From Corallochytrium limacisporum Hawaii (Eukaryota; Protista; Pluriformea): a stretch of 45,640 nucleotides of DNA. A model generated the notes under the pieces. It was not told the DNA's origin. It saw only the letters and a list, made by a program, of their open reading frames with translations, and searched no databases. The stretch covers positions 1 to 45,640 of the forward strand of contig PDIP01000096.1 of NCBI GenBank assembly GCA_002811645.1, given 5' to 3'. Shown one piece after another: positions 32,501 to 43,600 of this stretch. A program made the translations under genes and the position numbers. Position 1 is the stretch's first letter. The number at the start of each line of letters is the position of its first letter.

Positions 32501-34506
32501 TACCACACTTTTTGACATACACTGCACACTATTTCCCATTTATTTACTATTAAGAATGGTGCCATAGCACAGTACAGAGTGGCACCACCTGTCTCCGGAG
32601 TTTTTCCCCCGTGATTTTGTGGACCCGTCAGAGCGTAGTAAAACTGCACGGCTGCGAGGAGAAGGCAGTTCCACACCCCAGCTCCGGTTGCCGTTCAACG
32701 GGTCCTCCGTTCTTCAATAATGAACGAACGGTAATTTTTCACCCCTTATCGGCGATGAGAAATATTGGTCGGTACCTCGTTTGGTACCCAGCGCCACCAC
32801 CGCCGACATTCCTAGGGCTCGAACCAACCCAAAAAAAAAAGAAGGAGAAACCGCAGCTCTACCAATTAATTTACTCCAGTTTTCGAAGGTTTTCCGATCT
32901 TCGGTACATTTTATATTGGGTGAGTCAGCCCAAAGAGAGGGGGGTGTGACACTTCCTGCCCTCCCGTTCTGGGATTTTTCCCTTTGTGGGTCACGACTTT
33001 GCCCAAAACGGGGGGGGGCTACTTCAGAGGTGGCAAGCCTTGATCACTGGCATGAGTTTACTTTGAAGATCGTGTACTGCCGCCATGGTGAAGAGAAGCA
33101 CCATCGGCAGCGGGCACCATGTTCGAATTTGTTTGTTCCTTTTACTTGTCTTGGTGAGTCTTGGTACTTTCTTTTCCAATACTTGAGCTGGTTTTCGTTA
33201 TGGGAACGAGTGCGTAATTTTGAGCTCAGATCTCAAAGAAAACGGGTAAGACTTGGAGAATTACTTGACTAATCAAAGCCATGTTCATGTTTCTTCCCTT
33301 CCGGCCACAATAAAGGCATTATATGCGGAAGCGGTTGTATACTTTATGTGGCCCAAAAAAAAAAAGAAAACATACTCGAAGCGAACGCTTCGTTGAACAG
33401 GACGTTTTAAGAACCCATGCATAGCAGCGGGTTTGCGGGCGAAGAGAAATAAGAAATGTCGGACGGGCGTTGTAATGATCACTCTGGGTCTAGCCGTACA
33501 AAGCAGTACTGTGTTTGTTCGAATTTTGTGGATAGAGATTGATGAGATAACTTTTTTGGATCTGAATTTTCATTCTTGCGAACGGGCGGGCGGTTTCCTT
33601 ACAAACAGCACGCACCGGGTTAACGTCAACGATGACAGCAACCATTAACTGTCTTATTCTTTTGTGAAGTAGAGGGCCAATTAGGGAAATGGAAGGAAAA
33701 TGATTTCAAACGTAGCAGTCACTAGAGCAGCAACGGGCGGCTTTCCATGAGTCAGCAGAGGATCTGCAAAGAGGAGCTTCAACATCTCAATCATACATGC
33801 AACGGCGGGAAACCCCGGGCATCTGCTGGATGAAGGACTTAGAATAGCATCGGATCACTGATATCAACAGCATTGGATAATGACGCAGGCAACTGTGCCG
33901 CATCATAGAGGCTTGGTACGGATCTAGCGGCATCGAGCGCTTAATTGACGATTGGACTCGGTCGGAACATTAGTCCCGAGGGTTGCACTGATGCATTGCA
34001 TCGACGGTACTGTTCTATCTTTCTGTGATGGTTTTTGACTGTGTTCCGTACCCATCTGAAACTCACTGCATTCCACTTGAAACTTGTTCTTTCTCTCTTT
34101 CCCCTAAGGTGGTTTCTCTATGTTCACATGGAGTTCTCTTCCCATTTCTTTCTATTGTTATAGTTTGTCTTTTTCCCCCTGGCAAGCAACGTTTGGTCTT
34201 TTGCTTGACATTCGGAATCCCCCACGACATCGATTGTGATGTGATGCGATTTGGCCTTGGCCCCTTGCCAAGCGGACCAAGGGGGATTCCTTTGTTTTCT
34301 TCTGGTTGCTTGTCGGGGCTGGTTTTCACGTCTTTCCGTGAACACCGTAAGTCGATGGGAAGGACATTCTGTCGTCAACGAATATAGAATTACGTTTTCA
34401 TCCTTCGTTCGACATCAAGTGTAGCATACTATTTTGTATTTGTAAACAGGTGCGCAAAGAATATGATTGACGTTGCTTGTTAGCTATGACATCCTGGAGT
34501 TGCTCT

Positions 34507-36393
34507 CTAGGCGCCGCCGGCAGCGGCCTCCTTCTTCTTCTTGATCATTTCGACAATGTACTGAAACCGGGCCTTGCACTCTTCCTCGCTACGGCCAGGT
34601 ACTTCCTTAGCGATCTTAGCCCACCGGTCCTCCTCGTTCGCCTTGTACTTGCGGAGGGCTTCCTCAAGTTGCTTCTGTTCCGCAGTCTCCCACTTTTGTA
34701 CATTCTCCAGTTGCGTCATCTGATAGCTCACGCTCGCCTCTGACTCGGGAGCATGGGCAGTGTGGCCCTTCTTGGCCTTCTCACGCTCCAGCCGCTCAAA
34801 GGCAGAGTTGTTCGCGGCAGCAATCTTTCCTACATCGACACCCTTGTTGTCTTTGACACGGCCAATGACATCCTTCTCGGTTTTCTTGACGTGACCTTCC
34901 TCCCCGGCGTGGTCGTTGATGTAGTTAGCAATGGTCTCCCAGCGGTTCGTGTAGCCCGCGGGATAGAGACGAACAGCCTTCGTGAGCAAGGCCTGCTCCT
35001 CCTCGGTCCAGGTGGCCTCCTTGGACATGGCGGGTCCGTTGGCCTGGACAGGCTCTGGGGCCTTAACACTGTGCATCTTAAGCTCACCTTCTTTGCGGTG
35101 AGTCACAGCATCAATGAAAGCCTCCCGCGCCGCCTCCTCGCTAGCAGCCATATTCTCATTTAGGGTGGTGAGCTCCTCGACAGTCAAGCTCTCGCACAGC
35201 ACCTCCATCAGACCGCTGTTCTCCAGAATGACTTCAGAATCGCCGTGAGAGAAGTAGTTCACCTCAGCCATGCGAGCACGCAGAGCACGGCGCTGTTTCT
35301 TGAGGGCCTCTTTCTTTGCCTTCTTGTTCTCCTTCGCCGCGCTTTCAGCTACCAGTTTCGCCTTCTCAGCATCGTCTTTGGCCTTCTGCTCTTCCGCCTT
35401 CTTCCGTTTTGCCTCTTCTTCCTTCTGTCGCTGTGCTTCTTGCTTGGCAGCCTTCTCGGCCTCCTTGCGAGCCTTCTTCTCACGCTTAATGCGTAGCAAA
35501 CGTGGGTCCTTGGCACGAGCAAGATCAACCAGAGCAATCAGACGAGCGTTGTCCTCCTTCTTACGGCGCTGACGCTCGCGCTTGTTCTCACGATCCAACC
35601 AACGCTTCTCTTCACGAGACTCTGCCTGGTCAGTCTCCTCCTCGTCCAGCCAAGAGAATTCACGCCAGGAGCTAAAGCTGTACCAGAAATCATAGAATTC
35701 CTCAACCTCTTCCGCAGTGGAGTCAATGTGTCCAAGCTCAATGACGTCCGTGTCGACACTGAAGCGGCCGTTGGCCTCGAAAATGGGCCCCAGAACCTCA
35801 AAGAAATTCTCCTCGTCGATCATGTCCGGGTCAGGAATCTCTTCATCAAAGGTAGGGTCACAACTGTCGAAGGCACGCCTCTTGATAGGGTTGGTCAGAA
35901 TGTCAAAAGCCCTGGTAATGCATTTGAAATAGTTATCGTCCTGAGGTCCATTGGGATCACCACCTTGTTTCAGTTTATCTGGATGATGCCGCAATACTTT
36001 CTTCTTGTGAGCGCGCTTAATGTCATCTTGGGTGGCCCTCCACCGGAGCTTGCTAAGACCAATAATCTTGTACAGATCGTGCTTCTTCCATTCGGCGGGG
36101 TCCAGTTTGTACATCTTGACATCCTCTTCTTCATCAAATATATCTTCATCCCCTCCGGCTACGGCTCCTTCGACCTCAACATCATCAGCAGCACCGGTAC
36201 CACTGCGTGTCGACGAACCGTGGCGGTCGCGCTTGCGAATGCTATGCTCTGCGAAATGCTCGAACCAATGGCCGCAGGGTTCCAACTTTACGCGGCGGAA
36301 AGCAAACAAAGGCTCTCCAGAGGAAACATGAACTGTAGTTTCTTCGTCAGTTACACTCTCCGGTGCAACCGGGAGTACGTAGGTAGGTGCCAT
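34507..36393 (-). CDS. DNAJC2: DnaJ homolog subfamily C member 2 (MPP11/zuotin), ribosome-associated chaperone
   Basis: 628 aa. EPCGHWF, J domain with HHPDK, zuotin-homology FYDFWYSFSSWREF...DPR, charged coiled coil, and two C-terminal SANT/Myb domains (WTEEEQALL..RW; WETAEQKQLEEAL..DRW..IA..VPGRS). Confidence 0.96.
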   Translation of the reverse strand: MAPTYVLPVAPESVTDEETTVHVSSGEPLFAFRRVKLEPCGHWFEHFAEHSIRKRDRHGSSTRSGTGAADDVEVEGAVAGGDEDIFDEEEDVKMYKLDPAEWKKHDLYKIIGLSKLRWRATQDDIKRAHKKKVLRHHPDKLKQGGDPNGPQDDNYFKCITRAFDILTNPIKRRAFDSCDPTFDEEIPDPDMIDEENFFEVLGPIFEANGRFSVDTDVIELGHIDSTAEEVEEFYDFWYSFSSWREFSWLDEEETDQAESREEKRWLDRENKRERQRRKKEDNARLIALVDLARAKDPRLLRIKREKKARKEAEKAAKQEAQRQKEEEAKRKKAEEQKAKDDAEKAKLVAESAAKENKKAKKEALKKQRRALRARMAEVNYFSHGDSEVILENSGLMEVLCESLTVEELTTLNENMAASEEAAREAFIDAVTHRKEGELKMHSVKAPEPVQANGPAMSKEATWTEEEQALLTKAVRLYPAGYTNRWETIANYINDHAGEEGHVKKTEKDVIGRVKDNKGVDVGKIAAANNSAFERLEREKAKKGHTAHAPESEASVSYQMTQLENVQKWETAEQKQLEEALRKYKANEEDRWAKIAKEVPGRSEEECKARFQYIVEMIKKKKEAAAGGA

Positions 36394-36767
36394 AATTATC
36401 GAATCTGGCTAAAATCGAACTGTGTGGCATGCAAGGATCCATTGCATGGGCTAGCCTTAGTCTTGTACACCATAGAAAATCTCTGATGTACCTTCTATAA
36501 GAAAAGGTATTTCTGTGAATGACCTAGGAAGCTACAAACTGCCAATACATGGCCGTAGATTTTATCATGCACCGGAACCCACGCAGAGTCTTGGTCACTG
36601 CTCGACTTGGAATTCACCACGCGGGTCTCGGAAGGCCCCCCCCCACCCCCGAGGGTTCCCTCCCGTGCGAGGGAACTGGCAGGGTGGGCGCTTTTTCTCC
36701 ACATTTTCCCGGGGACGCAGCCAAGCTTTTCGAGCCCAGCGGCTGTATTGCCTTGGGGGGGGGGGGG

Positions 36768-36869
36768 NNNNNNNNNNNNNNNNNNNNNNNNNNNNNNNNN
36801 NNNNNNNNNNNNNNNNNNNNNNNNNNNNNNNNNNNNNNNNNNNNNNNNNNNNNNNNNNNNNNNNNNNNN
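36768..36869. other. Assembly gap (102 N)
   Basis: Run of N flanked on both sides by poly-G. Confidence 0.99.
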
Positions 36870-37462
36870 GGGGGGGGGCCAGCACTGAATGTACCGGGGG
36901 GATCGAGACAGGCCCAAACCACTTAAAACCCCTTTCGACCGTCTCCTTCGGAATGGGGAGAGGTGGATTCACTACCGCAAGGGGGCTTCCTGCTTCCTGT
37001 CCCAGTGCAGGGGAACACTCAGGGCGCGAAAAGGCCTCCCCTCTCTCGACCTCGCTATATTCTACAAAATACTGAATCTGATTTTGGGAGTCTATTAATA
37101 TACAGATCGCTGTTGCACACTGTTATTCCAAGTCCTAGCCACGAGTGGTGCCCAGGTGAGAGCCAGGAGATCGCTGGTGGTTCCCAAAGGACACCCACTC
37201 ACCACACTACTACCCAAGAGCGGAAGGCTACAGCGACGATGGGAGGGTGTTCGGAAACCCTGTGCGAGCGATCTCCGGGAACACTGGCAGGCCACGGAGA
37301 TTGAAGACTGCCAAGTGCGCCACCCGATACAGTAAGTCCCCCCCCTTTTCGTGTGTGGTGCGAATGGGAGAACCGCAAAGACAAGAAAGTAAGGAATGGG
37401 AAATTGGTTTTTTCCTGTGTGCCAAGGGACGGAGAGATATCAGTTCTTCTCCCCCTTTATAT

Positions 37463-38064
37463 ATTATACTATCAAACAAACAAAAAAGAAAAAGGAAAGG
37501 ATAAAAGGCCAAGGGGGGGAGGGGGGACAGTTGGATCATTTCTTACCTTTTTTTTTTCTTTTACTTTGCTTTTTCTTTGGGTATAGCTACTAGTTATTGA
37601 TCTCGCACTCAAAACCCCACGGGAGGCGAGGTACGGTACGTTCGCCACCACACGCACACACCCCCGCCCCCCCCTTCCTCCGGGGAGAGGGGGTGGTGTA
37701 AGCAAGCAAAGAAAGGAATGCGAGGACAAATGCATATTTTTTTTTTTTGCGTAGAAAGTGAGCGGCAACACTTCCGGCCGCCCACTGCGGAAGGGGAGGT
37801 ACGGGGCAAAACCTACGAGAAAGGAAGCCCGGATGGGGGGGGGGGGAGGAGGAGGNNNNNNNNNNNNNNNNNNNNNNNNNNNNNNNNNNNNNNNNNNNNN
37901 NNNNNNNNNNNNNNNNNNNNNNNNNNNNNNNNNNNNNNNNNNNNNNNNNNNNNNNNNNNNNNNNNNNNNNNNNNNNNNNNNNNNNNNNNNNNNNNNNNNN
38001 NATTATACTATCAAACAAACAAAAAAGAAAAAGGAAAGGATAAAAGGCCAAGGGGGGGAGGGGG
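37463..38064 (+). repeat. ~63-bp exact direct repeat (37463-37525 and 38002-38064) spanning the second gap
   Basis: attatactatcaaacaaacaaaaaagaaaaaggaaaggataaaaggccaagggggggaggggg occurs twice; the second copy starts immediately after the gap. Confidence 0.9.
37856..38001. other. Assembly gap (146 N)
   Basis: Run of N following a G-rich tract. Confidence 0.99.
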
Positions 38065-38352
38065 AGGGGGGGGACGGCCATTTGTGGCAATAAACACTGG
38101 ACCTTTCCGCGCTGGCAAAGGGGTATCGGACGATTTTGTTTTTTTTTTGTTTTTCTCGCCAGTCCCGTGTGACGATGTGGATTTGGATGGCTGTTATGGT
38201 CATAGATGATGGACCATTCATGGTAGAAGAGAAAGATCGCTATCATGTTCTGGTATTTTGCACATCCACAACACACGCAAGACGAATAGACCACAGAGAA
38301 CACACTTGGCTTCTCGCTTTGGTCTCGCAGTCAATCCAATACGTAATCAAAG

Positions 38353-40527
38353 ATGACAGACCCGGGACGAATGCCAAAATGGCACGAGCCTAAGGGCGAT
38401 GGCCCACAGTTGATGCTGTGGAATACCCTAACACGCACAAAGGATGTATTCAAGCCCATGAATGGCAATCTGATCAAATGGTACAGCTGTGGCCCCACTG
38501 TGTATGACAAGAGTCACATGGGACACGCCCGCACGTACATTAGCTTCGACATTATGCGGCGCGTGCTGGAACAGTACTTCAACTACAATGTGGAGTACGT
38601 TATGAACATTACGGACATTGATGACAAGATCATCCTGAAGGCACGCCGGGAATACCTTTTCAAGGAATTCTCTACCTCTCCTCCCGACGCTGGGAAGGTT
38701 GAGGCCATGATCCAAGCCGGCATTGCTAGTCACCAGCAGATGATCACGGACGCAGAGGAAGAGGCTAAGAAAGACATATACCGCAAGGCCATTGCTGCGG
38801 CAGAGGGTGCCATTGCGACACTGAAATCCGGTGACGTGCCGAAGGCCATTCAACAGGCTAAAGATGTGCTGCTCATTGAGTTGGACGCCAAACGGGACCC
38901 AGAGCGTACCTTCAGCAACGACGTCTTTGCGGAGACTTCCCGCCACTTTGAGAAGCTCTTCTTTGATGATATGGAAGCCCTGGGAGTGGGCATGCCGCAT
39001 GTTCTGACTCGGGTAAGTGAGTACGTCCCGGAGATTGAGGCGTACATCCAAAAGATCATTGAGAATGGCTACGCCTACGAGAGTAACGGCAGCGTCTACT
39101 TCGATACTGTCGCCTTCAACAACGCAGAGAACCATATCTATGGAAAGATCGTGCCGGAGGCCATTGGTGATCTCAAGAGTCTGGCTGAGGGAGAGGGAGA
39201 GTTGAGCAAGAGCACTCGTGCGGATGCCCAAGGTAATATCGTGAGTGAGAAGAAGTCAGCAAACGATTTTGTCCTGTGGAAGGCATCGAAGCCAGGCGAG
39301 CCCGTTTGGCAAAGTCGGTGGGGCTCCGGTCGGCCGGGATGGCACATTGAGTGCAGTGCAATGGCCACGGACATTCTTGGCACCCTAGACATTCACACGG
39401 GCGGTGTGGACCTGAAGTTCCCACATCACGAGAACGAGATGGCCCAGTCAGAAGCCTATCTGGACAACAAGCAGTGGGTCAACTACTTCCTGCATTCGGG
39501 ACACTTGGAAATTAGTGGTCGCAAGATGAGCAAGAGTCTCAAGAACTTTATTACCATCCAGGAAGCCCTGGAGACCTACACTGCCCGCCAGATTCGCTTT
39601 GTGTTTTTGCTGCACGGCTGGAATGCCACCCTGGATTACTCCAACGACACCATGACCCAGGCACTCACCTACGAGCGCACATTCAACGAATTCTTCCTGA
39701 GTGTCAAAGCAGTCATCCGCGAGCACAGTGCTACGCTGGGTGCCAAGGTCAACCCGGCAGCAAAGGAATTGCTTTCTGAATTTGTCAGTTTGCGGGAGAA
39801 GGTGCACGAGGCAATGTGCAACTCTATGGACACGCCCACTGTCATGGGACTCCTCCGAGACATGGTCAACGCTGCCAACAAGCATATGAAGGCCTCTGGT
39901 ATTCCCCATAGTGGCGTGCTACGCACCGTAGCCGTCTACATTACGCGGATGTTCCGCATCTTTGGTGCAATTCAGGGTGATGACAATGTCATTGGCTTCA
40001 CCAGCGCAGAGGGTGCCGGCGCCAACGCGGAGGATATTGCCATGCCTTACCTTGAAGCTCTCGCCCAATTCCGTGACCGCGTGCGTGCCATGGTCCGTGA
40101 GGGTGCTGGGGCCAAAGATTTGCTTCAACTCTGTGACGAGCTCCGCGACGATGTGCTGCCAGAGCTAGGAGTGCGTCTTGAGGATCGGGACGATGGCAAG
40201 GCCACAGTGAAGCTGGCCAGCCGGGAGGATCTGCTGCGGGAGAAAGAACAGAAGGCCGCTCTCAAAGAGGAACAGGACCGCAAGAAGGCCGAAGCCAAGG
40301 CCCGCGCCGCTGAGCAGGCGCGGAAGAAGCTCGAAAAGGGCAAGGTGCCTCCATCAGAGCTCTTTAAGTCGGAGACCGATAAATACTCAGAATTTGACGA
40401 GCGCGGAGTGCCCACCAAGGACACCGCCGGGGAACCTTTGAGTAAATCTGCCCTAAAGAAGCTGGAGAAGGCTTACACTCAGCAGGAGAAACTGCACAAG
40501 GACTACCTTGCGGCACAATCTTCGTAG
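38353..40527 (+). CDS. CARS1: Cysteinyl-tRNA synthetase, cytoplasmic (eukaryotic type)
   Basis: 724 aa. WYSCGPTVYD.SHMGHAR (HIGH-like), MNITDIDDKII, DFVLWK, GRPGWHIECSAM, DIHTGG.DLKFPHHENE, KMSKS, and eukaryotic C-terminal extension (PPSELFK...YSEFDERGVPT). Confidence 0.98.
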   Translation: MTDPGRMPKWHEPKGDGPQLMLWNTLTRTKDVFKPMNGNLIKWYSCGPTVYDKSHMGHARTYISFDIMRRVLEQYFNYNVEYVMNITDIDDKIILKARREYLFKEFSTSPPDAGKVEAMIQAGIASHQQMITDAEEEAKKDIYRKAIAAAEGAIATLKSGDVPKAIQQAKDVLLIELDAKRDPERTFSNDVFAETSRHFEKLFFDDMEALGVGMPHVLTRVSEYVPEIEAYIQKIIENGYAYESNGSVYFDTVAFNNAENHIYGKIVPEAIGDLKSLAEGEGELSKSTRADAQGNIVSEKKSANDFVLWKASKPGEPVWQSRWGSGRPGWHIECSAMATDILGTLDIHTGGVDLKFPHHENEMAQSEAYLDNKQWVNYFLHSGHLEISGRKMSKSLKNFITIQEALETYTARQIRFVFLLHGWNATLDYSNDTMTQALTYERTFNEFFLSVKAVIREHSATLGAKVNPAAKELLSEFVSLREKVHEAMCNSMDTPTVMGLLRDMVNAANKHMKASGIPHSGVLRTVAVYITRMFRIFGAIQGDDNVIGFTSAEGAGANAEDIAMPYLEALAQFRDRVRAMVREGAGAKDLLQLCDELRDDVLPELGVRLEDRDDGKATVKLASREDLLREKEQKAALKEEQDRKKAEAKARAAEQARKKLEKGKVPPSELFKSETDKYSEFDERGVPTKDTAGEPLSKSALKKLEKAYTQQEKLHKDYLAAQSS

Positions 40528-40645
40528 ATAAAACCTCCAACAAAGCATGACCCCCCCAATGTGTAATAGATCCATTTCGTCTAATAACATACAACTATTT
40601 AAAACCATACTATACAATGTACAAATGCAAACAGTCCAATTCCAA

Positions 40646-43600
40646 TCATGACCTGGTGAAGGGCTTCTCAGCGCCCGGAGAAGGATTCTGGTCATCCTGC
40701 GGCAAGCCCACCGTGCCCGTGGCCGCATGGTTCTCCAATCTGTCGTGGAAGATGAATTGGACGGCAGGTGCGCCGGCCTCGTGGTGCATGCTTATGTCGG
40801 GCACACTCACGGCTTCCATAGGCGCAGCATCCGGCAAAGGAATGCCGCCGTTGGTCGCCTGTTCGGGGGCCGCCGGTTTCTTTCCACCAAGTGCCTCCTG
40901 TTCGTGTGCCAGCTGATCATCGTCCGCCGCGGGCACAACAAAATGCACTGACGGAGGTACAGAAGAGCGCATGTGTTTATCCTCACCGCGGTCAATGTAT
41001 GCACTGAAAGATTCCCCTAGCACATGGGCAGATTGCGCTCGGGGATCGCCGCCGCCGCAAGGGGCACTGCCACGCATGACTTCGCTGCTAGTGTCATCGC
41101 CGTGGCCTCGGAATCTGCGCTTTTCGCGACGGGGTGTGGAAACTCCGTCATTGTCGTTCCCATTTGCACCTCCGTAGCTCACCTTTGAGGACGCGGAAGA
41201 GTACGAATTGTGCCGAACTCGTGACGCACTGCTGCCATCTGTCCGACCCGGTGCGCCTACCCTTTCTGCCATAACCAGGTGATCGATCACCGCGTTGGCA
41301 TGGGGCCTAGGGGACCTGGTGATCGCTGCGGAAAAATGTTGATGCGGCACAGCCGCGGAGGGCAACAAACGATCGTAGTTCTCGTCCTGGTCCAATCCCA
41401 GATGGTTCAGCAGTTCCAGAATCTTTTCATATGCGTAGCTTTTCTTGCTCTCATCGGGCAGCGTGTTAAGATCATCGATGAATCGCCGCAGGACCATACG
41501 AATAGGTCGTTCGTGGGGCCGGAGCATGCCAGTGTAAGAGTTACTAAGAATGTACGGTATGGAGCGACACGCACGAGCGGACAGATAGTCAAGGAAAATT
41601 TCCAGTACTCTACCGGGCCCTTCCAGCTCTGCATCAAAACCTTCGCTCTGCAGATCCGAGCTGTGGCTCATCGGAACCCACGTAATGTCATCCTTCCACA
41701 GCACACTGTTCAGCCGGTTTTCTCGTAAATCCAGAGCAGTGCCAAAGCCTCGAGAGTCCGCTTGGGTACTGCGTACCATGGCACGACGACACTTGTCCAT
41801 AATGGCATGGAAGTTGGCATCACTAAGACTGAAGCCTACGAATAGGACGTACTTTGTGAGCAGTAAGCTCTGCATGATGCCAGCCAGAGCGGCACGTGAG
41901 TCAGAATAACGCAGGTAGTCCTCCCGCGTCAATACAATGGACTCCGGCCGAGTTACACAACCGTGCAGCTTGAGAAGAGATCTATCTGTGTCAAACAGAG
42001 GATCGTGCGGAAGTACGCTGAACTCTTGCTTAGGATACGTTGAGTTCAAGGCGTTCTCCATGAGCTGGTCATAATTGGTGGTCACATAGTTCTGCACCGG
42101 CAGTGATGCCAAGAGGGCATGGCTGATGGCATAGTACGGACTTCTCAAGAGCTCACTGACCATGAGAGCCAGTTGATCTTTGTCTTGGTGGGCCTTTAGG
42201 TAGGTTGCCGCGTCTAGCGGATCAATGAATCTCAAGGCCTTCTTGGTCCCTTCGTCCAGGCCCAAAATGTCTGCCAATTCCATGAGCAGTCGCTTCCAAT
42301 CAGGCAGTCCCGCGCCTTTGCTAACGCCTGCGCCTACAAACAACACCAAATCACCCTTCACAGCCAATTCCGCGAGCGCCCTCGCATGTTCACGCAGACG
42401 GTCTGGCAGGGCGTTCCAACGGCCTGGAATGTCGTGTCGAGCACTGACGGCTGCCACGTACATCCGCTGGCGATTGGTCACCAATGCCACATCAAATTTG
42501 TAGGTCCTCGCCGCATGGAACAAGATCGGGAAAATGCCTCGCAATATATCGCCAATCTTGTGATGAAAACCACCGCGGCCGGTACCGATGACTGGCACAC
42601 AGATGAGCGGGCGCTGGCGTCCACCGACTGGCCGGTAGCCAATCAGATCGTCCAGCTGGTCTGTGGTCGTGCCCACGTCGTTGTGTGTCCCACTGCTGCT
42701 GGTGCTCTCCCTTTTCTTGCGACCCGACTGAAAATGTTCTCGGTGCTGACGAATCTCCCATCGCTCGATCTGTTCGTGCAGGGAAACCTCATCGGCCAGG
42801 GCTGCTCGTATTAGGTCATCGCCGTTGAGAGGCTTTGCGGCCTTCTCAGCCACATCCCGCGAGTACTTGGGCCCGGCTGCAGCGAAGGAAGACATTTTGC
42901 GTCCACTGGCATGGATCAACCTCTCATTTACTTGGGCCAAAAACTGCTGCACACCCTTCAGGTACCATCCCAAGGGTTGAGTCTTCCGTTCTTCACCTCC
43001 GACATTGACCGGCCAACGGGCTGGTCGCAGACCGGTGATAGGCTCCCATTGGTACACTCGCTCTTCTGTGTCGTTGGAACCCCAGTTCTCCGGTAATCCC
43101 TCCAATTGCGTCAGGCCGAGTCGCCAGTACTTTTCCACAACGCCACTGTTGTCTGTGGGGACCAGCCAACAATCACAAAGCACAGACGTCAAATCACCGA
43201 GGACCACAAAGACATGGCCAGCGGTCTGTCGCTGCTTAGTGGATTCGCTTGGGACAGCGCTATTCCGATCCTGTGTGCTGGTCGATACTGACACTCGCTG
43301 AACTGGCTTTGTGCGAGCTGGCAGACCTGTTTGGGTAGAGCTTGGGCGACACATGTCATGATCCGTACGCGGCGCCGGCACCGCTGCCGGGGTTGTGATG
43401 GTTTCTAACTGGGCCGGGACAATATCCCGCTTCGATCTTATGTCAGCTATTCCCGATGATTCTCTCAGCATGTTACTGTGCGTTTTCTGTTGATCTGTTT
43501 GATGGGAATCCGGGGTCTTGGTTGTCACTGCAGGCTTTTCATCTGCCAGGGTCCCGGACACGACCTTGGCCGCATTGTTGAGCACGCCCGCCAGCATGCT

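Noticed and set aside
31018-32567. 211-aa and 255-aa ORFs
   Set aside because: Pro/Gly/Phe runs derive from homopolymer tracts; no protein-like features.
33315-33620. LYAEAVVYFMW...EIDEITFLDLNF...GGFLT resembling Penelope-like RT motifs
   Set aside because: No catalytic DD, spacing is ~35 aa too long, and there are no further supporting motifs.
35728-39231. Antisense ORFs of 252 aa (35728-36486) and 267 aa (38428-39231)
   Set aside because: Shadows of DNAJC2 and CARS caused by codon bias.
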